DNA of 64,000 nt from positions 10,850,001 through 10,914,000 of the forward strand of contig JBHGNT010000007.1 in the NCBI GenBank assembly GCA_043228905.1. Reading direction: 5' to 3'. A program made the translations under genes and the position numbers. The DNA is from Azolla caroliniana. Taxonomy: Eukaryota > Plantae > Polypodiophyta. The notes beneath the pieces were generated by a model that worked only from the letters and a program-made list of their open reading frames with translations, did not search any database and had not been told where the DNA came from. Shown in pieces: positions 13,224 through 25,690 of the stretch (the stretch's first letter is position 1; the number at the start of each line of letters is the position of its first letter).

Positions 13224-16200
13224 CCATAAAATATATGTATGTATGTTATGCTGCATGATCTTTAACAGTTACTATAATTATGAACCGTAGCTTTTGAATT
13301 GCAATGTATATGATATATATTGATTACATGAGGATATAATGACAGTATACATATTATGTATTTTCACAATGAGGATGTGATTATGCGGCCCTCTGAAACT
13401 CATCTACTACTCTATGATATTATATAATCTGATCAATAGAGGACTTGTCATAAAAACGCTAATTGATTAAATGCTGAGATCCTCTCACTTTTGAACCATT
13501 CATTCATTCATTCATTTACCAACTGATGTTTTAGATAGAAAGGCATCAATGTATATACTACAACACTATGTCAGCGCTATGAGGGGGGGGGCATATTATA
13601 CCTTCAGTTGTGTTGTACGAGTACTCGTGTTAACACGTTGATCATGCGCGACCTTTATGAAATTGATGAGGGCGGAGGTGGAGGGAGTGGTCGTAGGATG
13701 AGGAGGAAAGATGTCACGATTATATTGAGGAGCTAGCTGCTCTTTCAGATTCTGAATGAATGGCTTCTTATAGTAATTATTGGTGGCTGCGTCATCATGC
13801 AGCGCTGCCGCTGCTGCTGCATGCACATTAGTATGGTGCTGCTGCTGGTTGATCAACCTCGTGTGACATGAAGAATTATTTGATGGCTCCTCCTCCTCCT
13901 CGTGTCGTCCTGCTGCTGCTGCTGCTTGTTTGGCGACAGACCTTTGCTCCTGCTGATGGTGATGGTTATGGTGATGGTGATGGTGATGGCCGTCAGCAGT
14001 AGTTGTTATATGGTCATCATGGTCACAACAACACAATAGTTGTGAAGACGACGGTGGCGGTGTCGGAGCAGCGGCGGCGGCGGCAGCGGCTATTATATTA
14101 TCAGCCCATGAGGGAGTTGCAGGGCTTTCTGCCCTCAATCTGGAAACCCCAAAGTCATGAAGGATATGTAGATCCACCAGCGTAATAAAAAAACCCAGCT
14201 ATACATTGCTGAGAATGGATAATGATGATGCTGTTGCTGTTGCTTACCTTAGTCTCTGTGGGAGATAGAAACACGGACTTCCTTGATCACGGCCATGCCC
14301 ATGGAAGTATAAGTTGGGGAGAGGGGGGTAACAGCTACTACTGCTCCACTTCATCCTCACCGCGTGATCATCAGGATGATGGCTCCCACTCATCATAATG
14401 CCTGGTTCCCCGTGTTCATGATGATCGCTGCTATACACTACTGCATAATAATATCACCACGACACCAAATAGACTTTTAATTGCATAGTTCCCAGCATAA
14501 TAAATTTCAGAGCTGACTGACAACACAGCGCAAAATTTAGTAAATATGGAGATCACAGCCGATGTTGTTGTTTAACTTATGGTTTCGTTTTGAATCCTCT
14601 CTGAGATTCAGGGACATTCTTTTGATTTTCTAGGCACCCACCCATCTCTAAGCCCAATAGAAGGGGTCAATTCTCCTATTGAGCCAGCCAAGCCAAGCCA
14701 GCCCACAGAATAAATTGCCTTACTCGGATTGTTCAGCTCAGCGCTGGAATCATCCAGGTCCTCATGATTTCAAAATATGTTCGTCACATTATACGTGGTT
14801 ATTGTCTAAACGTGCACTAGTTACTTCAGCTTGTGTTTAGTTCCAGCAATCGGAAAATATTTAGTACTCTGTACTCTAAGGTTGTCGATAAAGCTCAAGG
14901 CATAATCAGTGGGTTTTAGTTTCCCCAGTACTCATGTATATTACTACCACCATGATTTCAATCACTTCATTGATCTGGCTAAAGCCTTATGGGACAGTTC
15001 ACATATGATAATAACAGTTTATAATATGAGCCTACATTCGTTTTATGATCACCAAGAATTATTTGCCATAAAAACCATGAATATTTTGTTTGACCTCTTT
15101 TAAAACATATTACTTTGTGCCGCCCTTCTAACTTTAGTTGATCATCAGTACTAAAAAAAATGTAGACTGTTGTGTTTGAATCTGACTCTTTTCCGACAGG
15201 GTAATAAGCTATATTTTGATATGTGGGTTTATGGCGTCCTTATTATCACAAGACTGTACCTACTAATCATTTTATAGCTGACTCAGAAGCAAGAAACAAT
15301 CAGCTTATTCATAGTAAATATTTTGCGGCAGCTATGCTGGCCGAGAAGGACTTTACTCGACTTGGAGGCAGCTTATATCACCATATGTTTGCATTAACTA
15401 TAAGTTGCATCAAAGGTTTCTCTCCCCATGCACTGAATATTATCATTATTATTAAAGCTAATAATTCGGAAGGGGAATGACAGCACACGTTACAGAAGAA
15501 TCTTACTTAATCTTATAACTCCTACCTTATATAGCTCATTTAATAGAGAGCATATAGGAATAAAAGGCCTAAACAGTACCCCTACTGGGGTATATGTGTG
15601 TGTCTGTGTGAGTGTGCTGAATGAATTGAATGAGTAGGCCGTGGAGCATTGTGTAGCAGGCCGAATTAGTGATACGTAGTAGTCGTCCATTAGTATGACA
15701 CGTGATCAGATAGCCCATTACTCTCTCTGCATACCCGTATGAACATTAATTAGAGGAAGTCACGTGATCACGGCCATGCGGAATATTGGATACTGACGTA
15801 TTTATTTTAGTACATAATCTGGACAGGAAAGCTACATCTCTCTCTCTCTCATCATTATCATCATCTTCCTAATCGGAGAATACATATCGATTGCGAAGAC
15901 ATTGTCTAAAGAAATCATAAATCATGGGTGGCCTAGTTCTATAGTTCTCTTTCGTACTCTTGCAACCATATATTAAGTACAGATACATAAATATATCTAG
16001 AGAGACAGAGAATGCAGATTAACATCTAAATCGACAGAGTCTACGAGTATGATGGTGCCATCCTTCCAAGCAAGAGACTCAGCTTGGCGGGAATTAATCC
16101 TACCAATTAAATCAAATCAGGTGTCTCTCACTGAGGCATGCCAGCATATATATGTATATAGCAACACAGCTTTATATGATACAGATATATGACAGAGAGA

Positions 16201-18028
16201 GAGAGAGAGAGAGAGAAGATTCGTAATTTCCCGAGATTTATATACATATATACTTTTAATTGTCCACGCGTTTAGTGTTAGTTAGAACGGGTGATTAAGA
16301 GCGTACTTGTGTTGCTACAGCCAATCGCATTGATCTCGTCATATTTGACACTTCTATACATCTGCAGGAATCAAGTGCATTGCAGCAAGTAGTTAGAAAG
16401 GGAGACCAAGCTCCATAATCCATTATTCTTGGGTTTATGTGAACGAGAAGTAAGATTATGTTTTTAGTGTATGTATGAAACAATTATTAATCAACTGAAA
16501 TGTTACCAATATAATGTTTCATTTAACTAGGACCAAGACCACCAATAAAATTTTGATTCAATCACAACCTTCTTTCTAAGGTATTAACTGAAGCTAGATC
16601 TAGACTAGAGATCAGATATAATATTACCTGCAAGTGGCTCTTAATATGAGAAATTGTGAGACCTTCAACGTTCATGAGGCGCAATACAAGTTTGGGGGTG
16701 GCCTCTGCATTACATTATATGTCAGTATAAAAGCATAGGAACATTAAATCCGTCACAAATATGTAGACAGATTATGTTAGATAATTGGGAGATGTAAGTA
16801 GAATTTTAAATATGGTGTAAATTGTCTCAATTTCAGCACGACGTAATGGGTTGACTAGTATTTCAGTATTACATAACAGCCAATATAGCCAGGCAGAAAG
16901 GTTTTGATTTAAGTTAACTTGAGAGCAAGTAGTTGCGTCAATGTAGTTTACTAGTTTGATATTGTTGCATTCACAGATTGAAACATATGAATATAGGTGA
17001 TTGCTTTATAATGGAGTGTTGGCCCCAGATTTTTACTACTTAGGTGATATTCATGGCATATTCTAGGTGCTCAAGGTCAATACTTAAAAGATTTTTAAGC
17101 CAATTGGATTGAAGATCGTCCATTAGTAGATATATTACTAATTTTGAGAGACTAAATAAGGTCGTCCTGTATCGAAATTTTCAGCAAAAGTTTAATTTGA
17201 AATCGTAGCAAGTGGAGGATTTGAGAATTGATATGAAATAAGTTAAAAATATTAATAAGTGATAGATGTGAGGAGTTATTAATATTAGAAGTGAGAAGAA
17301 ATGGAGAATTTAATAATTGATGGGCATAGATAATATAGCTATTGGCAATCGAAACCAAGAACAATCATTGACAAGTAGTTAAGAGCTCTAGTGATACGGG
17401 CTATTAATTAATTGAAGGGAAGTTGATGATAAATTAATCAAAAGCAATTATGGCAATTAGTCAAGAACGCAAACAATCTTCTTGATATTCAGTAGTACCT
17501 GCGAAAGACTAAATGAATATTCTAGCATTTCATCAAGGAGTATAACTCATTATAATTTGAGAATGATGTTGAAAGGAATGTGCTGAATTAGGGACTAATT
17601 AATGCTGGATTGGGGACTAATTTAGCGATGCAAGGGCACCTCCCCTTTCTCTTACTTTGTTCACCTCCGAGGAGATCAACGACTTGGACGAAGAGATGGT
17701 GGAGATCAGGCGTCCAACGGAGGCGAGGCGACTTAGACCGATGGTAATGGCGGGCGGATAAATTGCTGTTGTTCTCTGAGCTATTGCTATTAGGTGTGCA
17801 AATACCATTGTGATGATGATCATCGGTAGCACCTTTAATATGCGGTGGTGGACCATCGTCATGATGATCATCAGTGCATGATTCCCCCGGCAATTCATGA
17901 TGATGATCGGTTTCACATGAGTCTGAGTTTGAGCAACTACTATTGTTAACACTATAATTGGATGTAATGCCGGTCTTATTATAGCTGGTAGTATCCAATA
18001 GAGTTTTTTGCTTCTTACTACTCTTCAT
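12733..18028 (-). CDS. GARP/G2-like MYB (SHAQKYF-type, SHLQMYR variant) transcription factor; exons 18028-17656, 16704-16628, 16361-16307, 14440-14248, 14139-13602, 13083-12733; 528 aa
   Basis: Spliced domain reads RHYHRSKSPRLRWTPDLHHLFVQVVDLLGGEQ|KATPKLVLRLMNVEGLTISHIKSHLQ|MYRSVK, including the 77-bp exon typical of GARP genes. All introns are GT-AG with matching phases and the 1587-nt CDS is open. His/Ala-rich middle; C-terminal VSLELTMSI resembles an EAR motif. Confidence 0.9.
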
Positions 18029-18327
18029 CGCAATCAGGCCACCATATAATTACTGTTAATTATACTTTAAACACGGCTTTGATCCGATCCCACTTCAATG
18101 TTGGTGGTTCATTAATCGTTTGTCGCTCGTGATCCATCCTTTTATTTAATATCTTCAATTATGTCTGCTGCTACTGCTCGCTCTCTGTGTCTGTCTGCTG
18201 CATAATTTTAATAGAATTAGGAGATCTCACTTCATCACATAATTAATACTACCTCAATAAATTTTAATACAAGTACTCATGTTCATGTATACTACTGATT
18301 CGTGATCGTCTCCCCTTTCCCTACACC

Positions 18328-18340
18328 TCTTTAAATAGCA
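18328..18340 (-). promoter_or_regulatory. Candidate TATA box of the GARP gene
   Basis: GCTATTTAAAGAG on the minus strand about 300 bp upstream of the ATG, next to GA repeats; position only. Confidence 0.3.
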
Positions 18341-18881
18341 CCTCTCTCTCTCTCTCTCTCTGTCTCTCTGTCTCTCTCTCACTTCACACACACCCCATAT
18401 TATTCGTAATTATATGGGGATGGATAGATCCCTCTCTCTCTCTTTCTCTCACTCACTCTCTCTCTGGGTACACGTATGCATTAAGTACACACACGTATTT
18501 ATTCCCTTATGGTCGTCTCTCATCTCATCTTCGTGATGGCTTTAATTTATAATAAGTCTGTGATGGTGTTATTAGGGGCTGGCCCCCCCATTAGTAGTAG
18601 AGAGGGGTCCTTAGCATCGCTTTTAGATGAGGAGGGTTTTGGAGTTAATTGGATGGATTTCCCCCCCCCCCCCTTGTAAGCTTGCAATGTAATTGGCATT
18701 CATACATATGCTTCTTACATCTCTTCAAACTCTAAATCATTCCATTGCCTTTGTCCTTGTTGGCGTTGTGTTCTCATCATTAACTTTCTGGCTACAGTAG
18801 TCACACCGCACATCTACAGTGAGCGACAATAGGCGATGTAAAAATGGTATTAACCCGCATGGTCATGATGCATGTCCTTCT

Positions 18882-19040
18882 TTATGTATGTATGTATGTA
18901 TGTATGTATGTATGTATGTATGTATGTATGTACTACGTATATTTATATGTATGTATATATGTATAATGTAAGTATGTATATGTACATATGTATGCATGTA
19001 TGTATGTATGCTTGCAAGTTGCATGTATGGATTTATGTAC
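18882..19040. repeat. (TATG)n microsatellite, degenerating rightwards
   Basis: Visible tetranucleotide run; accounts for the spurious MYVC and HTYI ORFs. Confidence 0.9.
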
Positions 19041-21218
19041 ATACATATACATATGCAATGTAGGTCATGATGATATCCATCCATCCATCCCCCATCATCA
19101 ATGCCCAGCCCAGCCTATTATAATTATTGTCTTTTTGACTCAGGATTCTCTGTCCATCCCCCCGGCGTCATCTCAAATGCATTAAATGAACTCGTTTATA
19201 CAACAACAAAAGGAAATGATAGCATTTCGTGAATAAGCCTCATTGAATGAGACTCCCCTCTCCACCCACACACACACTCTCCATCTTTCTCTTTGGCCCC
19301 AGTTGGGGAGAGAGCGGGGGGGTTGTACAAGTACACGACCATCATCACTTGCTTTCATAAATATCTCCTCAACTCGCTCAATACTCTTATTAATAAAGAA
19401 ATGCGTTATAGAATAGATTGACATTCCATTGGGAAGGCATGTGCATGTGCATATGTGCATATGTGCTGGGTGGGTGGGACAGATGCTGCTGATGGTGTGC
19501 TGTGAGTGCACCATGATTGTGATGTTGAGGAGGGGAAAGAATGGGGGGGAGGGGGGGGATCATGAATCATGATCATGCATGTAGTACATAGTTACTAGCT
19601 ATGGCTCCAAGTGGAATATGGAGACATGAGGAAGGTAATTTAAAGATTAGGATGCCTGTAATGTTGCTATTATTACCCACAACACAACTAAATATGTGGA
19701 GGGAAGTTAAGTGATGCATCTATATCTACAGCCTACAGGCATAGGCAGCCGCACACAATCCACATTTAATTTAATATAAATTTCAGTGTGTATGGGCCTA
19801 AGTCGTCTCATGCTGAAGGAAGGAATATAATATGTGTATATATATTATTAGCCCACAGTCATGCCATTCCTATTGATTGATTGATTGATATGTCGGTATA
19901 ATGATCTAGCAAATTAAACCAAACGAATATATATTGACATAGTTAAGGGTAGGATTATTCATTCACTCACATGGTACTTGCTGGCTTCCTGCACCGCTTT
20001 TCTGTGCTTCTACTTTAGAACCAGTAAAATAAATGTAGATCCACTCATTATCTCATCTCAAAAAAGTGAAGCAATGAAATTTCAAATTGACTCATTAAAT
20101 TTGGGTAGTAGCAGCAGCAGCACTGCATTTAATACAGACACATGCCTAAAAGTGTTGGAGGGATCTATGTATGTATGTATGTATGTATGTATGTGTGGTG
20201 TGTTGCATGGGTTGTCAAAAAGAAAGAGGAGGCCTTGCAAGAAGGCCCCAAGTTCCAAAATACGACAAACTTGTAAAGAGAAAAATCGCATGTATGTGTG
20301 GATGGCGTGGGTACAAGTTCTCTTGGCATATAATTTATTGCTGTAATGATGATCTCAATTTGGAATGATGGTACACCAGAATTCTTTTTGCAATGTAGAG
20401 AAGTCATGCACGAAACGATACTTTCACGAGGCTACTCAAATCAAATTTGTTTCATTCAGATTTCTCCCTATTTTAATAAATTACTTCTCGAAATATGAAT
20501 TATAACTTCTCTTTAATATATTTCTTCATAAAAGTCTTATATTAAGACAAACCTAGTATGCCAAATGATACATATCTCACTTTCAAATTGCATGACACTA
20601 GTCCATTGAAAATAGATAAATATACTAGAATTTTAAATCTAGAATTTGTGCCTAGATCAATTTGTGAATATTAGATAACCAATGCATGTAGGATTTTCAT
20701 GTGTAAGTGGGTGTAGGGGATCACTAGTATGTATGGAGGTGTAGTTCGGGTGAAGTGTTTGGTATATACAATAAATGTACCTAGGGGGGCAAGGGGACTT
20801 TAGGAACCAGAATAGGATTAAGAATTATAGGGATAAATGGGGGCCAGAGCACTTTCGAATAAAAGAAAAATTGAAGGTATGACAACAACGGTAGAAAATT
20901 AGCTTTATGATGTAAGTGAGTTTGAAAGTTTGTGTATGTTTCTAGAAAGTGAAGAAATGAAAAGGCAAAAGGTGAAGGAAATTATTTGTAAGTGGTATGA
21001 AATACAGTACGCTTCACTAAGAATTGTAGAGAAGGGTTGTCATCATTGGCGAGTAGTAGAAACAAAGGACATTCCTAATTCCTTCTTCTCTCCTGTTTCA
21101 TAGGTTGCTCGTTGTGTTTTGAACTATTGCTCTAGTACTACGTACGTGAGACACATTTGCCTTCTCCTCTATTTCTTGGTTATAAGATTCCCTAAGATCT
21201 ACAAGGAGATTTTGGCCT

Positions 21219-24200
21219 TGTTGAGTAGACAAGCTCAACCGGATCCAGATCAGCTGAATAAGACAAAGCCGATCGGTTTCCGGATAGATCGGTATTTAAA
21301 ACATAGAGCCGGAGCGGAGAACCGGATCGTACTCCAGAATAGTGTGAACCGATAGGCCGTTCGAGGCCTACGGTCCTAACCTAGTATGTAGGCATATTCC
21401 TTGAAGTTAGTGATAGTCGCTTGTATGAGCATTGAAGTACATGTCAATACTTCAGTCAGTCCTGTTAAGGACTTATATAAAAAGAGTTATGTACGACATT
21501 TTGTATGAACACAGAGTACATATTATTTTTGAAATTAAGTTACGTTCTACTCTCTCAGTCTCTCCCGCGTACTCCCTGTGTGATTCAAGTTTCCATTAAA
21601 GCTTGTCTTTGTTTTCTGTTGTCTAGTTATCCGACTAAGCCGGTTCACATAGCTTCTGCACGCTATCGTTTACATGGTATCAGAGTGCGAGTGTTAGAAA
21701 TCCTTTGTTGTAGACAGAAACCACCAAGTAGACGAAAACCTAATTTTCGGTGAAAGAAACAGACAAGAAAGAGAGAATGGACCGAGGAATGGCTAGCTCA
21801 CTCCCGACAGAGAAGCTCAACATATCCAACTACACATCTTGGTCGTATAAGATGCACCAGTACCTTCTCGTGCATGGCTACTGGAGTTATGTCAACGGAG
21901 TGAACGATACAACACCTGATGCGGCACAAAGGGACATTCCGGCTTGGGAACAAGCGGCAAGCAAGGTAATGTACTACTTCGCGTCTAGTGTTGGTGATTA
22001 TCTGCTCAACCATATGATGCCAAGACACCAAAGGAAGCTTGGGGAAACCTAAAAAAGGTCTTCGCCGCAAGCACCATGGCCTAGAAGTTGCAACTCCGAC
22101 ATGGAGTTGAGCAATGTCTGGCACAAGGATATGTCAGTGGCCAACTACACGACCCCGATTATGGAGATCTGCAACTCCCTTGCCTCCGTCAACATGACTA
22201 TCGAGGAGGATGAGATGGTGTAGGTGTGTCGGGGGCCTGGTGTCAAAGTTTGGAGCATACCGGACTGTGGTATCTACAAGGGAGAATATGCCTTCCTTTT
22301 CTGACTTACAATCAATGCTCCTTGTAGAGGAGAACCACGCGGGTATGCACACTGACAACAAGATGTTGTACACAGAGGCAAATAGGCCCCATGGATGTGG
22401 AGGTCGAGGTGGATCGGCATGCAATGTAGGTGGTCGACAAGAGCAGAATCGAAGGCACAAAGACGGTGCCGACAGTAGTACTGAACCCACCAGAAGTAGG
22501 GGGAGTCAAGGCAGTGGAGCCGAGAGCTGGCAAAGGAAGACCACATCGAACTAGTGGTACTGTGGCTGGAAAGGCCACAAGGAAAGTGAGTGCGGGAAGA
22601 AGAGGGCTGATTCGTACAAAGCTGGATCGAGCTAGAAAGACGCAGATAAGTGTCATCGATCGCACTTCGCCGGAAGCTCGGAGGGAGCTGGGTCGGGGCG
22701 AGCCCTCGTAATGACGCACAATGCCAAGAGAATGGTTGCATCCGACTCAAAGCCGGAGGAAGTTTGGTATGTGGAATGTTCATCCTCGAAACCAATAATG
22801 TAGGCACCGCTGTCGTGCCCTTCGGCTCCAGATCGTTGAGTGAGTCGGGTGGGAACCGCCGAGGTTTTGGACTAGGAGGAAGAGGAATACAACTTAAGGC
22901 TAGTTATGAATAATAGGAAGAGAAGTAAGATAGTATTCTCGTGAATCCCATGAGTTTAGTGTATTTTAAAACAATATTTTAGTTTATAAGAGTAATTTAG
23001 ATGGCAAAATTCGTGAATCCCACGAATATATTAGATTGATCAATCCCCTTGTATATTAATCAACAACCATATACATATTTCTCTCCTCCTTATATAAAGA
23101 TGGAAGAGGCTAAGCATGGCTTCATGCTTTTTTTTTATTACCTAAAGTGTCCATGCACACTAAATGTGCATGTGATGCTTTGTCATTTCCTAAATATAGG
23201 GCTCATGCACGCTAGATGTGCATGAGTCACTTTTAATGTCACGTGTAAATAAAATATTCACACTCTAGAGAATACATGATTTTTACCTTTTTAATAAAGG
23301 TATGTGTAAATAAAGGTCCTATATGTATTAAATCTATATTTATAACACTAAAGATAAGTTATTACAATGGTAAAGTTGGGGTTTATCTACGTGGAGGTGC
23401 ATGGTTTGAATCTTGCCCTATGCACGTGATAAATTCTTTTTGATATATTATTTATCTATTTATATGTATCTAAAATCGGATATATTATTTTATGGTTTTC
23501 ACGTAGTGTGTGGAATACACTACGACACCGCTATGTTCACAAAAGGACAGAACGTCGAGTAGGAGATCGACATGTGGCATAAGCGGATCGGTCACATCAA
23601 CTTCCGAAAGCTTGAATTAGGAGATGCAGTCGAAACATGTTGTTTCCGGACTACCGAAGTTTAGTGGGACTTGGAGCTTGCCAACTCGAGAACCAACATT
23701 GGCTTCCATTTCCCAACGAGAAGAATTAGAGCCAGAATCAACTTGATCTCATCCACTCGGATGTGTGGGGACCGACACAAAATGTGAGCATTGGCTAGAG
23801 TCGATATTTCGTCTCCTTCATCGACGATTTCAGTCGACACACTTGGATCTACCTGATCAAGAAGAAGAACGAAGTCTTCTCATGCTTCCGGGACCTAAAG
23901 ACTCATGTCGAATGAGAAAATGGAAGAAAGATCAAGTATTTGAGATCGGATGGTGGAAAAGAGTACTTTTCCGGCTAATTCTCGAGTTATCTACAGACCA
24001 AGGGAACTTGTCGAGAGTTCTTTTGCAGGTACACACCGGAGCAAAACGGTGTGGCCGAACGTTAGTAGAAGCGACAAGGGAGAATGCCCCGCATTTATTG
24101 GGTCGTCTGCATTCATAATCAGATATTTGCCTCAGGGACAAAGGTGTCGCCGCACAAATTGTACTTCCAGCAGAAGCCGAATTTGGCGCACCGACAGGTA

Positions 24201-24765
24201 TTTGGCAGCATTGCAAATGTGCATGTGCCGGATGAGATGCGGAAGAACCTGGATGCCAAGGCCGAGAAGTGCACCCTGGTTGGCTAATGCAATGAGCAGA
24301 AGGGGTACAAGTGCTACAACCCCCGTTCAAAGCATAGAGGAATCGGCATCATGATACTTCTCTTCACCCAAACTGAGCCGATTCCTATGGATGAGGAAAG
24401 TATAGAGGAATCCAAACTCCCGGATAGTCCGACTTAATTTCGGGTCAGTGGACCGAATCCGGACTGGTTGAGCCAGAGTGGCCAACCAAATGACGTGTTG
24501 GCGAGTAGCGAAGACTCGGTCATGCTCTCCCCCTGCAAGGAACCGAGGAGACGGTTCACGTGCAAGGAGAGGGGGAAGAAGAAGATGCCGGAGTATGACA
24601 TAGATAATGATGAGTCGGATCGGGTGAATCTGACTCCGAAAAGAGCAACGAGGAACCTCTGAAGATGGGGTCGAAATTCCAAACGAAAAATGGCCGAAGC
24701 TCAACCGGAAGTCGGAAAAATGCATTCTTGTGGGATATTCGTGTAAAAAATAAGATGCGGAAGGT
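21219..24765 (+). mobile_element. Degenerate Ty1/copia element 3: 5' LTR 21219-21674, tRNA-Met PBS 21675-21685, gag, GAG-pre-integrase and integrase remnants; interrupted by a solo LTR
   Basis: TGTTGAG...TTTACA + TGGTATCAGAG; MASSLPTEKL gag; WHKRIGH (~23575), LIHSDVWGP, FIDDFSR, QNGVAER, VFGSIANVHVP..KLDAKAEKC. Confidence 0.88.
22811..23526 (-). mobile_element. Gypsy solo LTR (related to the LTRs of the 34130-39581 element)
   Basis: Ends TGTCGT...ACGAC(A), flanked by direct repeat ACCGC (22806-22810 and 23527-23531); start and internal tRNA-like segment resemble the 34130 LTR. Confidence 0.85.
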
Positions 24766-25690
24766 TGTATACATACATAGTCAGTTGAGCCGAACAATGG
24801 CAATAGTTAGATAAACACAGATAATGGATCATACACAGTATGTGTGTGAGAGAGAGAGGGACAGAGAGAAAACAACAAGCTTAATTAAAATAATAACACT
24901 CTGTACATAAAAAAGTGCCTAGTGCGCACCCTTTATACAAGCCCTCAAAAGGACTGACAGAAGTAATGATAGGTACTTCAATGCTCGTAAATGAGCTACT
25001 AACACTGACTCCTAAGATATTCCTATTACTAAGAATAAGAATATGGGCCCTACGGCCCATCGACCTATCCCTTGGCCGACCAGCTATCGGCTTCTTTAGC
25101 TGACTCTCCTTAATCGACTCAACTGTTGGCTTCTTCAACCGACCAACCTACCGGTCTTTAGCCACTCAACTCACATTGAGCTTGTCTCTCAACACTCCCC
25201 CTCAAGCTCTACTTGAGATTCTTCATCAGCTCCAGCATCTCCTGGTTGTTTGCCTTCTTGCCCGCGCTCCACGACCCGTCTAGTCCCATGCTCCTCAACC
25301 TACTCAACCGGCTTTGCAACTTCAACGCCCCTCGATTCGTTGACTCTCTTGCCTTGGCATCATCTTCGACTACCTTCTCATTCATTTGGCCTTCATGTGA
25401 CTCAACTTGTCTGAATCACTCCTCTCATCTGTCTCTTATTCTTCTTCTGTCCAGCCTTTGACTCTCTCAGTCCAAGTCTTCTCGACTTTATTCTCTTTTC
25501 CTGCTCCCCTTTGTTTGGCTGGCTCTAGCTCACTTGTTCCGCCCCCCCTATATTTGGTCGTTCTTCCGTTAGCCGATTTTCTTCCAGTCGTTCTATCCTC
25601 AAATTTGGCTTCCTCAGCCGATTATACTCAACCCCTCTTTGGCATTTGAAGGTGTTGTAGACCAAGCATACTCAAGAATTGCTACAACAT
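24766..25690 (-). mobile_element. Inverted copia 3' fragment: RNase H tail, PPT (25195-25205), 3' LTR (25194-24766)
   Basis: Minus strand reads QFLSMLGLQHLQMP (compare QFSDALGLRHLDMP at ~40750), then TTGAGGGGGAG PPT, then TGTTGAGAGACAAGCTCAA, matching the start of the 21219 LTR. Confidence 0.8.

Noticed and set aside
20540-21190. Possible relative of the element A terminus (CCATTGAAAATA...TACTAGA similarity)
   Set aside because: The match is short and AT-rich, with no TIR, TSD or signature motif.
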